A DNA stretch of 64,000 nucleotides from a virus: positions 32,001 through 96,000 of IMG/VR virus record IMGVR_UViG_3300007513_001761. One strand, given 5' to 3'. Positions 19,394 through 29,363 of this stretch are shown here, one piece after another. Position 1 is the first letter of the stretch. Every line of letters begins with the position of its first letter. A model generated the notes under the pieces. The model had not been told where the DNA came from and searched no databases. It saw nothing but the letters and a program-made list of their open reading frames with translations. The translations under genes and the position numbers were made by a program.

Positions 19394-20175
19394 TTTCGCA
19401 TCCCCTTGAAAACTGTAACTCTATATTTACTGTTTTCATCCAAAAGATCTTCGAAAAAGTCTACTCCAGTATCCGCCATCAACTTGGCCATGGCAGAAAC
19501 ATCTTTGGGCAAACACATTCCCCCAAACCCTCTGAAGTTATCATTACATTCTAGATAATTGCTGTGGATGTGCTTTCGTTTAACGACAGCATTCTTTACA
19601 TTGGTATAGTCAACACCTTGTATTTTGCATGCTTCGTAAAAGCTGTTAGCAAAAATAATCAGCATTGCGTTGTATACGTTGTTGAAATACTTACAGAATT
19701 CTGCCTCGGAGGGCGTCAGGCGCACAAATTCGTCCGGAAAGGAGCCGTGACAATCTTTGAGGATCTTGTAGGTCTTGTCGTCTTCGCAACCTAAAATACA
19801 AACATCGTGATTTTCGGTGAAGTCTGTGATGGCGCACCGCTCACGCAAAAACTCGGGAACGAAGCAAACGTTCAAACCTGTTTCTTCGCGAAGGCGATCT
19901 GTTGTTCCAGGAACGACTGTAGACTTAATGGCTACAATGCCTTCATAACCTTTTGTTTTAAGTTCACCAATGACTTCTTCAACGATTGAAACATCGCAAG
20001 ACCCGTCATTATCGCGTGGTGTTGGTACACAAATGAAAACAGCTTCAGTGTCTAAAACCGCATCGATGGTGGTACCCAAAACAATATCGTGTGCGGACAC
20101 ATTATGGCCCAACAACTCAAATCCAAACTGACAGGCACCACCTACCACGCCGATTCCTACAACTCCAATATTCAT
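19390..20175 (-). CDS. ugd: UDP-glucose/GDP-mannose dehydrogenase family (short form)
   Basis: GIGVVG, CVPTP, IKSTVVPGTT, PEFLRE, GFGGMCLPKD. Confidence 0.9.
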   Translation of the reverse strand: MNIGVVGIGVVGGACQFGFELLGHNVSAHDIVLGTTIDAVLDTEAVFICVPTPRDNDGSCDVSIVEEVIGELKTKGYEGIVAIKSTVVPGTTDRLREETGLNVCFVPEFLRERCAITDFTENHDVCILGCEDDKTYKILKDCHGSFPDEFVRLTPSEAEFCKYFNNVYNAMLIIFANSFYEACKIQGVDYTNVKNAVVKRKHIHSNYLECNDNFRGFGGMCLPKDVSAMAKLMADTGVDFFEDLLDENSKYRVTVFKGMRK

Positions 20176-21002
20176 TCGTATCCAAGCTCCTTGTAACTCT
20201 GCGGCAATTTGCCGTCTTTAAATTCAAACCTTCGTTTCCAAATCGGAGATGATTGTTGCCAGTTGTCTAAATCTATTTGAATGCGCTGGTTGGCAGCGGC
20301 AGGCTGCATATAAATCTCATCAAACTTGGGCTTGTCAGAGAATGTTTGCGCATCGAAGATTGGTGCATGATCCTTTGTCTTGTTAACATAATGATTACAT
20401 GTAGTTGCGTCCGTTTGAGAGTCGAACAAGCGCCCCCCATCAGCCTGAACTCTGAACATCAGATCGTGAAGGGGATGGTTGATGTATTCAAATTGACAGT
20501 CCCAGCCGCCAAGCTCCTTAAAGTAATCCATCATCATAAAGTGATGAAGAGAGATCTTATATTCCTGGGGGATCCCTGGTAATCTCAGTTCGTTGTGGAA
20601 GTGTGCAGTCCAGAATCCCATGGGGAGCGTTTGTCCGCCGTACATCGCGCCTTCTCGATAGCGCATGTTGATTACATCTTTAGTTGTGCAAATATCGCGA
20701 TGAAATCTAACAGCATTGTCGATAGCATCCGGCAAGAAGATCGCATCATCTACGCAGTGATACATATACTCGCCTGTACATTGCAAGGCGCCAATTTGTG
20801 CGGCCCTAGTCGGGGCGCCATAATCCTTAATCAATTTGACATTATCAAAGTGAGTCATTTCTGAAGGTAAATCAAAAGGACTTACCAACACCAATTCCCA
20901 AGTATGCTCTTTGCATGCGTTAAATAAACTGCCATACATCATCAGCCATTGGTGCGTTCGAATTGCCGGCATTAAAACCGATACATCATACTCAAAGCTC
21001 AT
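20172..21002 (-). CDS. Glycosyltransferase, GT-A/GT2-like (paralog 3 of 3)
   Basis: VSVLMPA, CVDD, LGGWDCQFE. Confidence 0.7.
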   Translation of the reverse strand: MSFEYDVSVLMPAIRTHQWLMMYGSLFNACKEHTWELVLVSPFDLPSEMTHFDNVKLIKDYGAPTRAAQIGALQCTGEYMYHCVDDAIFLPDAIDNAVRFHRDICTTKDVINMRYREGAMYGGQTLPMGFWTAHFHNELRLPGIPQEYKISLHHFMMMDYFKELGGWDCQFEYINHPLHDLMFRVQADGGRLFDSQTDATTCNHYVNKTKDHAPIFDAQTFSDKPKFDEIYMQPAAANQRIQIDLDNWQQSSPIWKRRFEFKDGKLPQSYKELGYE

Positions 21003-21963
21003 AGCCTACTCCTCCCATAACTTCATTCCAAAAGGTTGTGGCGTTGAATTTCTTCTTGTAAATTTTGTAACCTTTCTCTACAATATAATTCCTTTCTTTC
21101 TCGTTGTCAAGATAATACTGCATCTTTTCTACCAAATCTTCTTCGTTTTCAAACTCTACATAATGCACGCTTGGTTTCAGGTAGTTTTCGATGGGGCTGT
21201 TTTTCCGCTCTAATAACAACGACTTACTTGCCAGGATCTCCCAGACGCGACCTTTACATTGGTCATAGCCATCGGGACCCTCTGGGAAGTTGAGGCTAAT
21301 CTTGCTTTGTCTCATTAATTGAGCATAGCGCTCGGGGCTTAAGCCTTCTTCGCGTTGACCTCCTCCCACATGAACCTGAACCCCGTTGGTGATAAGGTGA
21401 GTCAAATAACGTTGTCGCTCTGGATATCGAGGAGATCCTAAAAAGCTCACATTAATCGTTTGATGTTCTTTGCTCTCAATTGGATGATACAAGTTTTCGT
21501 CTTGAGGAGCCCAGAGCCACACTAAGTTATCAATCTTGGTGTTAGTGTTGCGCTCGGATCCCCAGCACACATGCAAGTCCGCAAATCCTTTCTCGTTCAG
21601 TTCTTGGATTTCGGGCAATCCCCACCCATCAAAAACATCGGGCCACATAAACACGGTTTTGCATCCCTTTTCGCGGATGTATTCATAGCTTGCTGCTGTA
21701 GGGTTTAAATGGGATTTCCCCAAGAGAGAAAAAATCACCACGGTTGGCTCAACCCGATCAATAAGGGTTGGCATAAATGCGTCAATGTGCTTCTTTTTAA
21801 TGAGAGAATACTCATCCATATGCACAATGTTGAATTCTACATCGGGGTATGTTGTTTTAAACGTTCGAAACAAGTTGTGATAGTTGTTTGTGAGTCCTCG
21901 GGCCGGATTCGCGTCACACCATTTCTCTGTTACAAACAACACTTTTGCGCTATTTTTCTCCAT
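20992..21963 (-). CDS. Glycosyltransferase, GT-B (CgeB/Glyco_trans_1_2-like)
   Basis: SFLGS, SKISLNF, KGRVWEIL, YYLDNEKER. Confidence 0.8.
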   Translation of the reverse strand: MEKNSAKVLFVTEKWCDANPARGLTNNYHNLFRTFKTTYPDVEFNIVHMDEYSLIKKKHIDAFMPTLIDRVEPTVVIFSLLGKSHLNPTAASYEYIREKGCKTVFMWPDVFDGWGLPEIQELNEKGFADLHVCWGSERNTNTKIDNLVWLWAPQDENLYHPIESKEHQTINVSFLGSPRYPERQRYLTHLITNGVQVHVGGGQREEGLSPERYAQLMRQSKISLNFPEGPDGYDQCKGRVWEILASKSLLLERKNSPIENYLKPSVHYVEFENEEDLVEKMQYYLDNEKERNYIVEKGYKIYKKKFNATTFWNEVMGGVGYEL

Positions 21964-22489
21964 AATAATCTCCATATTCAACCACTAAAGTGCTTTTTCC
22001 GTCAGTTCTATTATATGCCTTATAATATGCTGGGAATATATCCGATGGTTCTTCCAACCGAATCACTTCAATGTTATTTACCATCAATCGCAAACCATCG
22101 GTAAAATCGCCAACATGTTGCGCTTGCGGATGTAGTGGCCTTTCGGATCCAATTCCAGTGCGGATGATAACCTTTGGGATGTATTCCCCATGCGAGAATT
22201 CAGGCATCCTGTCTAAGTGATTGATTAGCTGATTCATTGTGAGCAACAAAAAGTTCCATCTAGGATAAATGCTAATTGGCACCGTACCGGCCACTGCAAG
22301 TCCGTTGGTGATGCCCATCTGCATTTCTTCATCTACGGGCATTTCTAAAAGCTTTTCTCTCGCGACATCCTGGAGCGTGTTAGTCATTGCTGTACCTTTA
22401 TAGGCAACCGCTTGTCCTAAAAACAAGGTATCTGGCTGTTCTCCCAGATAGGTCATGGCTCTCTGCAATTCGTCAAAATACTGTCCCAT
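21950..22489 (-). CDS. ThDP-dependent enzyme, E1-beta/transketolase pyrimidine-binding subunit (short)
   Basis: LGQAV, EMPVDEEMQMG, NQLINH, QH. Confidence 0.8.
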   Translation of the reverse strand: MGQYFDELQRAMTYLGEQPDTLFLGQAVAYKGTAMTNTLQDVAREKLLEMPVDEEMQMGITNGLAVAGTVPISIYPRWNFLLLTMNQLINHLDRMPEFSHGEYIPKVIIRTGIGSERPLHPQAQHVGDFTDGLRLMVNNIEVIRLEEPSDIFPAYYKAYNRTDGKSTLVVEYGDYYGEK

Positions 22490-23103
22490 TAAAATTGTAC
22501 CCTCTTTCCTGCACCAGCGTGCGGATATTTATCTAGTTTATAGCTGTAATATGTCACATAGTCGTCATTAACACCTTCATAGGTGAGCTTTTCTTGGTTC
22601 CAGGTTGCGCGGGTGTCAGTACAGACTGATTTACCGTTATCTTCGACAATAAAGTGAATAGGCAATTCATGATTACGAGAGTACTTGATACACTCGTGTG
22701 CAATACCTGTTTCGGATGTCATGTCTCCCATGAAGCAGTATACCTTGTTCGTACCCCCATTGCGCTTGATATCGAGAGCAAGCCCAACTGAAATCGGTAG
22801 CACTCCGGTCACAATGCCCGATGATAACACTCTGTATTCTTTGAAACACAGTGAAATGCTTCGGCCTTGTAGAATTGCAGCCTTAAGCTCCTCTGGCGGG
22901 ACTCCCTTTAATAGGCATTGATAATGACTTCTCCAAGAGCAAAGAACCCAATCTTCGGGTCCTATGTTATGTTTTTGGAATATCTCGATTACCTGTTCTT
23001 CGTTGCCGTTATATAAGTGTACCGGAGCACGGATTTGAGCGTCGTCAAAACATCGCGCAATCTCAGTTTCAAATTCAACCAATTCTTCTTTTGAAAGCAC
23101 CAT
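22489..23103 (-). CDS. ThDP-dependent enzyme, E1-alpha subunit (short)
   Basis: PVHLYNGNE, WRSHY, GDMTSETG...EDN ThDP-binding motif. Confidence 0.85.
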   Translation of the reverse strand: MVLSKEELVEFETEIARCFDDAQIRAPVHLYNGNEEQVIEIFQKHNIGPEDWVLCSWRSHYQCLLKGVPPEELKAAILQGRSISLCFKEYRVLSSGIVTGVLPISVGLALDIKRNGGTNKVYCFMGDMTSETGIAHECIKYSRNHELPIHFIVEDNGKSVCTDTRATWNQEKLTYEGVNDDYVTYYSYKLDKYPHAGAGKRVQF

Positions 23104-24611
23104 TAATCTCCTAAAAGTTTTCGTTTGAGCTTAATCTTCGTCATCTTTTCAAGATCGGCTCTTGTGTTCAGCCCGAACTTATCTTCTATCATATTAAGAT
23201 ATCGTTCATTTGTATAGTATTTTAAGAACGCTTCATCCCGAAACTTGAGAACGTCAGCGGCCGAGATGTGTTTCGTTGGAAGTGGTTGTGTTTCATACGA
23301 ATGCTGAGAATATCCCACATATTCTTCTGGCAGTTCCCATCCCTCTTTTAAGGCGTCCAAATAGAGCTTTGAGCCGGGGTATGCCATAGCCGAATAATAG
23401 TTGGCAAATTCACAATTAAGCTCCATAGACAAGTCTAACGTGTCTTGCATGGTATCAACAGTATCTTCTGGAAGTCCAAAAATATAGTTACCGATTACGT
23501 TAATGCCGTGACCTTGAATCTTTTCGACCAAATCTCGGATGTTTACTTCCGTAAATTTTCCCTTAACCACATCCTTGCGAACTACTGTGTTTCCCGACTC
23601 GATGCCCAGGGCCAACCAGTTGATACCAGCGTTCTTGAGGGTTTCAAGGTACTCTTCTTTGACTGTGTCAATACGAGCATATGCCCAAATGTTAAAGTCA
23701 TAATTCCTTTCAATCAACAGATCACACAGCTTCATAAAGTGATCCTTGTACAAGACAAACATCTCGTCAGCTATCTTAACGTTCTTAATACCCATCTGAT
23801 GGAGTAGTTCGAACTCCGAGACGATGAATTCCGGATCCCAAAAACGGAATTTATTGCGACCGTAGTCCCAATTTTCCAGATTATTGTTACCAAAGGGCGC
23901 ATTAATGCAGCAAAAACTGCACTTAAACGGGCATCCTAGGCTGGTGTATAAAGATGCGAATGGGGTCTTGTCATTGTCATTAGACATCGCATGCCAATTG
24001 GAGGTTCTATATCGATCCATTGGCAACAAGTCCCAAGCCATTCCTGGCAATTCACTTGGCAACTCTTCTTGTGTAATTAAAGGCGCGGGTCTTGTGCACA
24101 AAACATGCCCGTCGTCCCGATACCAAAGTCCCGGCACCTTTTTTAGTTGTGTAGGATCATCCATATCCACATTGAGCAATCCGGCGATTGTGAGTGGACC
24201 TTCACCCTGACACACAAAGTCGGTTTCTTCCTCTTCCATCGTTTGGCGAGAAACGGCGGACGGATGAAGTCCTATCATGAGCGTTTTTAAATCGGGGTAC
24301 CTCTGCTTAAGCTCTTGCACCAACAGGCGCGCCCCAATCATATTCTGCGTGGAAGCAGAGGGCTGCTGTCCATAGATCACAATCGCCACCAACTTGGGGC
24401 GATAGTAACCGATCATAGACGCAGATTCGGCAGCATCGATACGTGCAGCCTCACAATCCAAGATTTTGGCAGAATAGCCGTTTTTGCGTGCATTGTTAGC
24501 TAACAACGCAGCCCAAATCGGAGGTTCAATCGCAGAATACTCTTTACTGAGTTTCTGATAAATGATTGGTGCACCGTTGGGATGCACGAATAATACGTCT
24601 AATTGTTTCAT
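23103..24611 (-). CDS. Cobalamin-dependent radical SAM enzyme
   Basis: B12-binding N-terminal domain (GLHP, QGEG); CPFKCSFC; LGIESG. Confidence 0.9.
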   Translation of the reverse strand: MKQLDVLFVHPNGAPIIYQKLSKEYSAIEPPIWAALLANNARKNGYSAKILDCEAARIDAAESASMIGYYRPKLVAIVIYGQQPSASTQNMIGARLLVQELKQRYPDLKTLMIGLHPSAVSRQTMEEEETDFVCQGEGPLTIAGLLNVDMDDPTQLKKVPGLWYRDDGHVLCTRPAPLITQEELPSELPGMAWDLLPMDRYRTSNWHAMSNDNDKTPFASLYTSLGCPFKCSFCCINAPFGNNNLENWDYGRNKFRFWDPEFIVSEFELLHQMGIKNVKIADEMFVLYKDHFMKLCDLLIERNYDFNIWAYARIDTVKEEYLETLKNAGINWLALGIESGNTVVRKDVVKGKFTEVNIRDLVEKIQGHGINVIGNYIFGLPEDTVDTMQDTLDLSMELNCEFANYYSAMAYPGSKLYLDALKEGWELPEEYVGYSQHSYETQPLPTKHISAADVLKFRDEAFLKYYTNERYLNMIEDKFGLNTRADLEKMTKIKLKRKLLGD

Positions 24612-24623
24612 TTCTTGCCTAGG

Positions 24624-25556
24624 TTAATAATTTGCATACCAAGGAGATTCAATAATACTGTATGCCTTAATAAGCTGCTGAATGCCATCATCTAAATCAT
24701 ATTGACATTCAAATCCTTTGTCGTAAAACTTCTGACTACTCACAATATAATCACGAGTGTCGGGATCGGAAGTAAATTCTGCCCTCATAATTTCGAGAGG
24801 CAAGTGTTCTTGAATCTTTTCGGCCAACTGAAGCTTGTTCATGTTCAAGCTGTCGTTGCCAACGTTATAGGTTTCGTTCTTACAAGATTCCCAATTGTCG
24901 ATGACGTGCTTAAATGCCAGACATACATCCTGCAAGTGTACGTAATTTCTCATAAATTCGCACTCATATAAAACCAAAATGCGCTCACGCAATGTCTTCA
25001 GAACAAAGCTATTAACCAACAAATCGGTGCGCATGCGAGTACCAGGGCCAAAAACAGTGGCCAGTCTAAATGTAACGTGGTTTTCCACATTCTGGTATTC
25101 TTTTTCAGCTTCTACTTTTGTAATTCCATAGAGTGAAACTGGATTTAATGGAGACTCTTCTGTACAAACAGAACCATCGACGCTAACGCCGTACCCTGAA
25201 TTAGTGCAAGGATAAATTACCAATTGCTCATCAGTTTTGTTCTGAGCAATCCAGGCGTTTACTCCGTGATTGATTTCGACGGCGCTGCGCTTGTCTTTCT
25301 CACATAGCGGAAATCCTACCAGCGCTGCCAGCGGAATAATGATATCCGCTTTCTCTACGTTTTCTTTTAGTGTGGGAATATCTCTCACATCTGCTTTAAT
25401 GAATTCGAAATTAGGATGAATTGTATACCTCAACAATGAAGTAGGATCATACATCAAGTTATCGTATGCCACGACTTTGTGTCCATCATCCAACAAATGC
25501 TGCGTCAGTTCGCTACCAATGTAGCCTGCGCCGCCTGTAATTAAAATATTAGCCAT
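24624..25556 (-). CDS. NAD-dependent epimerase/dehydratase
   Basis: GGAGYIG, YGITK, RLATVFG. Confidence 0.9.
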   Translation of the reverse strand: MANILITGGAGYIGSELTQHLLDDGHKVVAYDNLMYDPTSLLRYTIHPNFEFIKADVRDIPTLKENVEKADIIIPLAALVGFPLCEKDKRSAVEINHGVNAWIAQNKTDEQLVIYPCTNSGYGVSVDGSVCTEESPLNPVSLYGITKVEAEKEYQNVENHVTFRLATVFGPGTRMRTDLLVNSFVLKTLRERILVLYECEFMRNYVHLQDVCLAFKHVIDNWESCKNETYNVGNDSLNMNKLQLAEKIQEHLPLEIMRAEFTSDPDTRDYIVSSQKFYDKGFECQYDLDDGIQQLIKAYSIIESPWYANY

Positions 25557-25847
25557 TTACCACTCCAATTTTCCTGTTAAAATGTCTTTGAGCATTACCC
25601 AATCGCAGGCTTTGGCCCAGATGGGACGAGAGAATGCTGCGGGTTTGTTCTTTTCGATAAAAAAGTGACCACTCCACGCAAAAGGATACACAATAAATGG
25701 TGCAGCCACAAGCAGCAGCCATACCTTCATATATATTACCGCAGCTACAAAGCCAATTGTAGCCATTTGTCCCATAACATGCAGCCGACGCGTCCATTTG
25801 TTTTGATGAAGCGTCAGATAGTATTCATAATATTCTTTAAACGTCAT
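25557..25847 (-). CDS. DUF962/Mpo1-like membrane protein
   Basis: YLTLH...RRLH, WSGHFFIEKNKPAAF. Confidence 0.8.
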   Translation of the reverse strand: MTFKEYYEYYLTLHQNKWTRRLHVMGQMATIGFVAAVIYMKVWLLLVAAPFIVYPFAWSGHFFIEKNKPAAFSRPIWAKACDWVMLKDILTGKLEW

Positions 25848-26059
25848 TCTTTTGTTTTTACCTTCCCATATGATATTTGATTACAAACTCTTTCATAAAA
25901 ATAATAAATAATAAACCCAGTTATGTTCATAAATAAAGCATTTAATAAAGCATCATCAGTTGTAGTACTCACTAAAATAACAAAACTATTGAGAATCGCA
26001 ATTATTCTCCATATGACAGTCTTTAAGATGCTTCTTTGTCGGGTCTCCCTAATTTCCAA
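25844..26059 (-). CDS. DUF2061-like membrane protein
   Basis: ETRQRSILKTVIWR...YYFYERV. Confidence 0.75.
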   Translation of the reverse strand: MEIRETRQRSILKTVIWRIIAILNSFVILVSTTTDDALLNALFMNITGFIIYYFYERVCNQISYGKVKTKE

Positions 26060-26457
26060 CTAATCTCCCAATCTTTAAACTCGGCTGCTAGGCAGTCAAT
26101 TTTATAATCTTTTCTACCACCTACAATCTCTTGAATTTTGTTTTTAGCCGTATTTCTAATACCATTCAGACCATGAGTTAGCTCAAGATTATTTCCATCT
26201 TTAATTCCCTTGCGATAATTTGACTCATTGTGCCAAATGTGTAAATTCATCTGTGAAAGCACAACAATAGATCTAATCAAATCTGCGTCAATCCCTTCGC
26301 TTTCAGGCAACAAAATATCAATATCATGACAAATGTCAGCAATTTCCTGAGCATATTCTGCTTTGTGTTCTGTGATAAATACTTCTTTTAACTGTGCAAT
26401 GGAAAGCCTATCTACGAGTTCAGAGAGGGTTGGTAAATATCGCCGTTCGTCAGCCAT
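26023..26457 (-). CDS. Hypothetical protein in the glycan cluster
   Basis: ELVDRLSIAQLK; overlaps both neighbours. Confidence 0.7.
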   Translation of the reverse strand: MADERRYLPTLSELVDRLSIAQLKEVFITEHKAEYAQEIADICHDIDILLPESEGIDADLIRSIVVLSQMNLHIWHNESNYRKGIKDGNNLELTHGLNGIRNTAKNKIQEIVGGRKDYKIDCLAAEFKDWEISWKLGRPDKEAS

Positions 26458-28105
26458 TTAATTCTCCTGTGTATTGTTGAAAATATCCTTTGTATTGATC
26501 AAAGTTTCTTTGTCCAAATATTTCTTTGTATTTAAAAAACACTGTCGATTCTTCTTGCAATCGTTTTTCTGAGTGTTCGGTCGAAGTGGACAACCCTTCA
26601 TTATTATAATAATATAATCCAAGGGGAATGTTAACCTTTTTAAATTTGAATCCAGACTCGACCATACGCAAGAACATCTCCCAATCGCCAGCGTGTGCTA
26701 GCTCGTCATTAAAATAACCAGCTTTCTCGTGAATACTTTTTCTCCACATCGGCATTGGCCCTGGCAAACACTTAATCATATTCTCTTTAGAAAACGAATT
26801 GCGTGAGTGTTCATAGAAAGCGCCTTGCGCAGAATTGTTCTCAAAAGTTTCGTTTGCGACAGTCGTTTGATAGCAATCAGCGTAAACCAAGTCAATTCCT
26901 GTGGAGTAGTGCAAATGTTTTGCGAGAGTTTCTAAGTAGTGTGGTGAGTGTCGATCATCCACACATGCTTGCGCAAAAAACTCGCCAGTGGCCATTTTGA
27001 GGGCCATGTTCTCAGTTTCCATGACTGTTGCTCTATAATCAAGCTTTTTGTAAACCACGTTTTTATTGGTTTTCATGAACTCTCTAATATACTTTTCTTC
27101 ATTCTCCGGTGAGTTGGCGTCAATAATGATCAATTCACACTGGTCAAAAATGGTCTGATTTTTGATGCTTTGTAAAAAATTTTCAATGTATTTTTCCCCA
27201 GCATACAGGGGACAGAAAACGGTAACTTTGGGTAATTCGGGTGCTGGGAAGTAATTTGCTTTGTTGTTATCAATCAGATCGAACCACTTATTAAGAAGCG
27301 TGGTGTTGTTCTCTCGAATGAAGTCCAACATCTCCTTCCCGTTCAATTTAAAATAATCTTCACTAGCTGCGCCAATCAAAGTGTTGGTGATTATCTTACA
27401 TCCCACGATTTTGGCTTCAATCGAAAGGCGATTATATGTTTCCAGCCATTGAGGGAAAAACACTAGATGCTTTACTTGGGCCAAATTGGCAACAAAGCTT
27501 TCAAATGGCTGATGACGTAACAGTTCATATTCCAAGCCATGGTGAGCACAAAAGCTGATAGCTGCTGGCATGCCTTTGTTTTTATTCTGAGAATCCAGCA
27601 GCGCATATTCAATCGTCTTTTCGGTTCCGATATTTTCTTCTAGAACGTTTAATTGCTCTTCTGTCCAAATGTTGCCGCTTAAACTTACAATATTATTGAG
27701 CAACAAGTTCTTCTGAATTACGCTAGCATGCTTTTTGCTCTGACACATAACTGCAGCAGCGTTGGCATAAAAATCTTTGTTGATTAATTGATTTTCTGGC
27801 GCAAGAAAGTCTTTGTAAAGAGATGGATTGTTGGAAGCCACATATTTGTGGTCATGCTCCAGAATTGCGTATGTCATGCCAGCAAACGCATGTTTAAATG
27901 CTTCTGCCAACATAAAAAAATTAGCTATAATGAAAAAACTATCTCTATTGTTTTCCAACAGTGGTCCTGTTACATTGATAGATTTTACTGTTTCTACTGT
28001 ATATTTCTCGCGCAATAATCGAATGAGGGCGTCATTGCAAAGTTCTGCGCCGCCCCTTATTTCATCCGCAAAAAAGTCAGAAATAAAAACAATTTTTTTA
28101 ATCAT
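26450..28105 (-). CDS. Two-domain glycosyltransferase (GT-B-like plus GT2)
   Basis: N-terminal GGAE...ETYNRLSIEA; C-terminal KVTVFCPLY, IIDANS, VDD, GDWEMFLR. Confidence 0.8.
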   Translation of the reverse strand: MIKKIVFISDFFADEIRGGAELCNDALIRLLREKYTVETVKSINVTGPLLENNRDSFFIIANFFMLAEAFKHAFAGMTYAILEHDHKYVASNNPSLYKDFLAPENQLINKDFYANAAAVMCQSKKHASVIQKNLLLNNIVSLSGNIWTEEQLNVLEENIGTEKTIEYALLDSQNKNKGMPAAISFCAHHGLEYELLRHQPFESFVANLAQVKHLVFFPQWLETYNRLSIEAKIVGCKIITNTLIGAASEDYFKLNGKEMLDFIRENNTTLLNKWFDLIDNNKANYFPAPELPKVTVFCPLYAGEKYIENFLQSIKNQTIFDQCELIIIDANSPENEEKYIREFMKTNKNVVYKKLDYRATVMETENMALKMATGEFFAQACVDDRHSPHYLETLAKHLHYSTGIDLVYADCYQTTVANETFENNSAQGAFYEHSRNSFSKENMIKCLPGPMPMWRKSIHEKAGYFNDELAHAGDWEMFLRMVESGFKFKKVNIPLGLYYYNNEGLSTSTEHSEKRLQEESTVFFKYKEIFGQRNFDQYKGYFQQYTGELNG

Positions 28106-29363
28106 ATGTTACAACTTGATCCAACACATCACGCCATTCTTTTTCTTCGGCAGTTTCAACAAAATGAGATAAACTTTCTACAAAAAGCGCATTCTGTTTG
28201 GTTTCTGAGAATCTTTCGTGAACTTCCATGGAATACTCACACGAATTGAGAGCAATACTATCTTCCTTTTTCTCTACAATATCATTGTAGCACAAGCGTA
28301 ATTGCTCCTTAGTTGACGATTCACGAGGATAAGCCCACATCGACTCCTTAATCAGCACGCCATCCCAGACGACCTCGTCGGGTACGGGCGCCATATCATA
28401 GGCCACGTTGTAAAACTGATCCTTTCCTTTTTCATCCACTAAAAAGTCTAATTGTCCGGACCACCCTGTACAAACTACAGGGAGACCTGAATAGCATGCT
28501 TCATAAATAGGAAGACCAAAACCTTCACCGTGAGCCAAAGAAATCAATGCAGCAATTTGTGGGTGTACATAGAGGGAATGAATTTCGTCGTCCTCCATGT
28601 CGCCATGAAGGAGATATACCTTACAAGCATGCTCACCAAGGGGTCTCAAAAAGGCTCTAAGATCGTTTTCTACCTTCTCGCGATCCATTAAACAATTCTT
28701 AGCAAAATTGGTTTTAAGCACGAGTCCGACTTCTTCGTCTCTAAACTCCTCCACAAACCACTTTACCGTGTTCGGAATGTTCTTTCGTGGCCCAAATTGC
28801 GCAACGGTCAAAAAGTTAACATCGAAATCAAGCTCAATACCCAAATCTGGCAAATTATCGAAAGTCTTAGTCGGATAATCGACTGCATCAATTTCTGTCG
28901 TTAAGGCGAATTCTTGCTCAGAGCCGGGGACATTTTGTTGTGCAACAATATATTTCGTATCTTCGTAAACTTTTTTAGAGTGATTCGAAACAACAATGAT
29001 TCTATCCATTTGATTGCCTTTTTCAATCCACTGGTGTGCTACTTTTGTCGTTTCAATACCGGCGGTATACCCAATATTTACGGGTGCCATTCTTTCCCAC
29101 TCGTTGGGAATCGTTACCTGAAGAGAAATGTCAAATTGACCACCTTGTTGAACATATGCGATTGTCTTTTCGATAGTTTGGTCGATCCAGGCGCGCTCTG
29201 TGTCTACCATCGCCATCCAAGATGTCTGTCCCCACTGCAATGGCTGAATATAAATATCAAACAGGTCTTCTCGCGAGCGTAGGGCTCTCAGAGCAAACCT
29301 TGATTGCTCTCCATACCCAGAGCGTGTCAAGAGAGGAGCCTTTAAAATAATCTTCTTTTTCAT
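28098..29363 (-). CDS. Glycosyltransferase family 4 (GT-B)
   Basis: SGYG, RKN, HGEGFGLPIYEA, TGWSG. Confidence 0.9.
   Translation of the reverse strand: MKKKIILKAPLLTRSGYGEQSRFALRALRSREDLFDIYIQPLQWGQTSWMAMVDTERAWIDQTIEKTIAYVQQGGQFDISLQVTIPNEWERMAPVNIGYTAGIETTKVAHQWIEKGNQMDRIIVVSNHSKKVYEDTKYIVAQQNVPGSEQEFALTTEIDAVDYPTKTFDNLPDLGIELDFDVNFLTVAQFGPRKNIPNTVKWFVEEFRDEEVGLVLKTNFAKNCLMDREKVENDLRAFLRPLGEHACKVYLLHGDMEDDEIHSLYVHPQIAALISLAHGEGFGLPIYEACYSGLPVVCTGWSGQLDFLVDEKGKDQFYNVAYDMAPVPDEVVWDGVLIKESMWAYPRESSTKEQLRLCYNDIVEKKEDSIALNSCEYSMEVHERFSETKQNALFVESLSHFVETAEEKEWRDVLDQVVTYD

Noticed and set aside
21950-23103. Pyruvate dehydrogenase as an energy-metabolism auxiliary gene
   Set aside because: Subunits are truncated, E2/E3 are absent, and the context is a sugar cluster.
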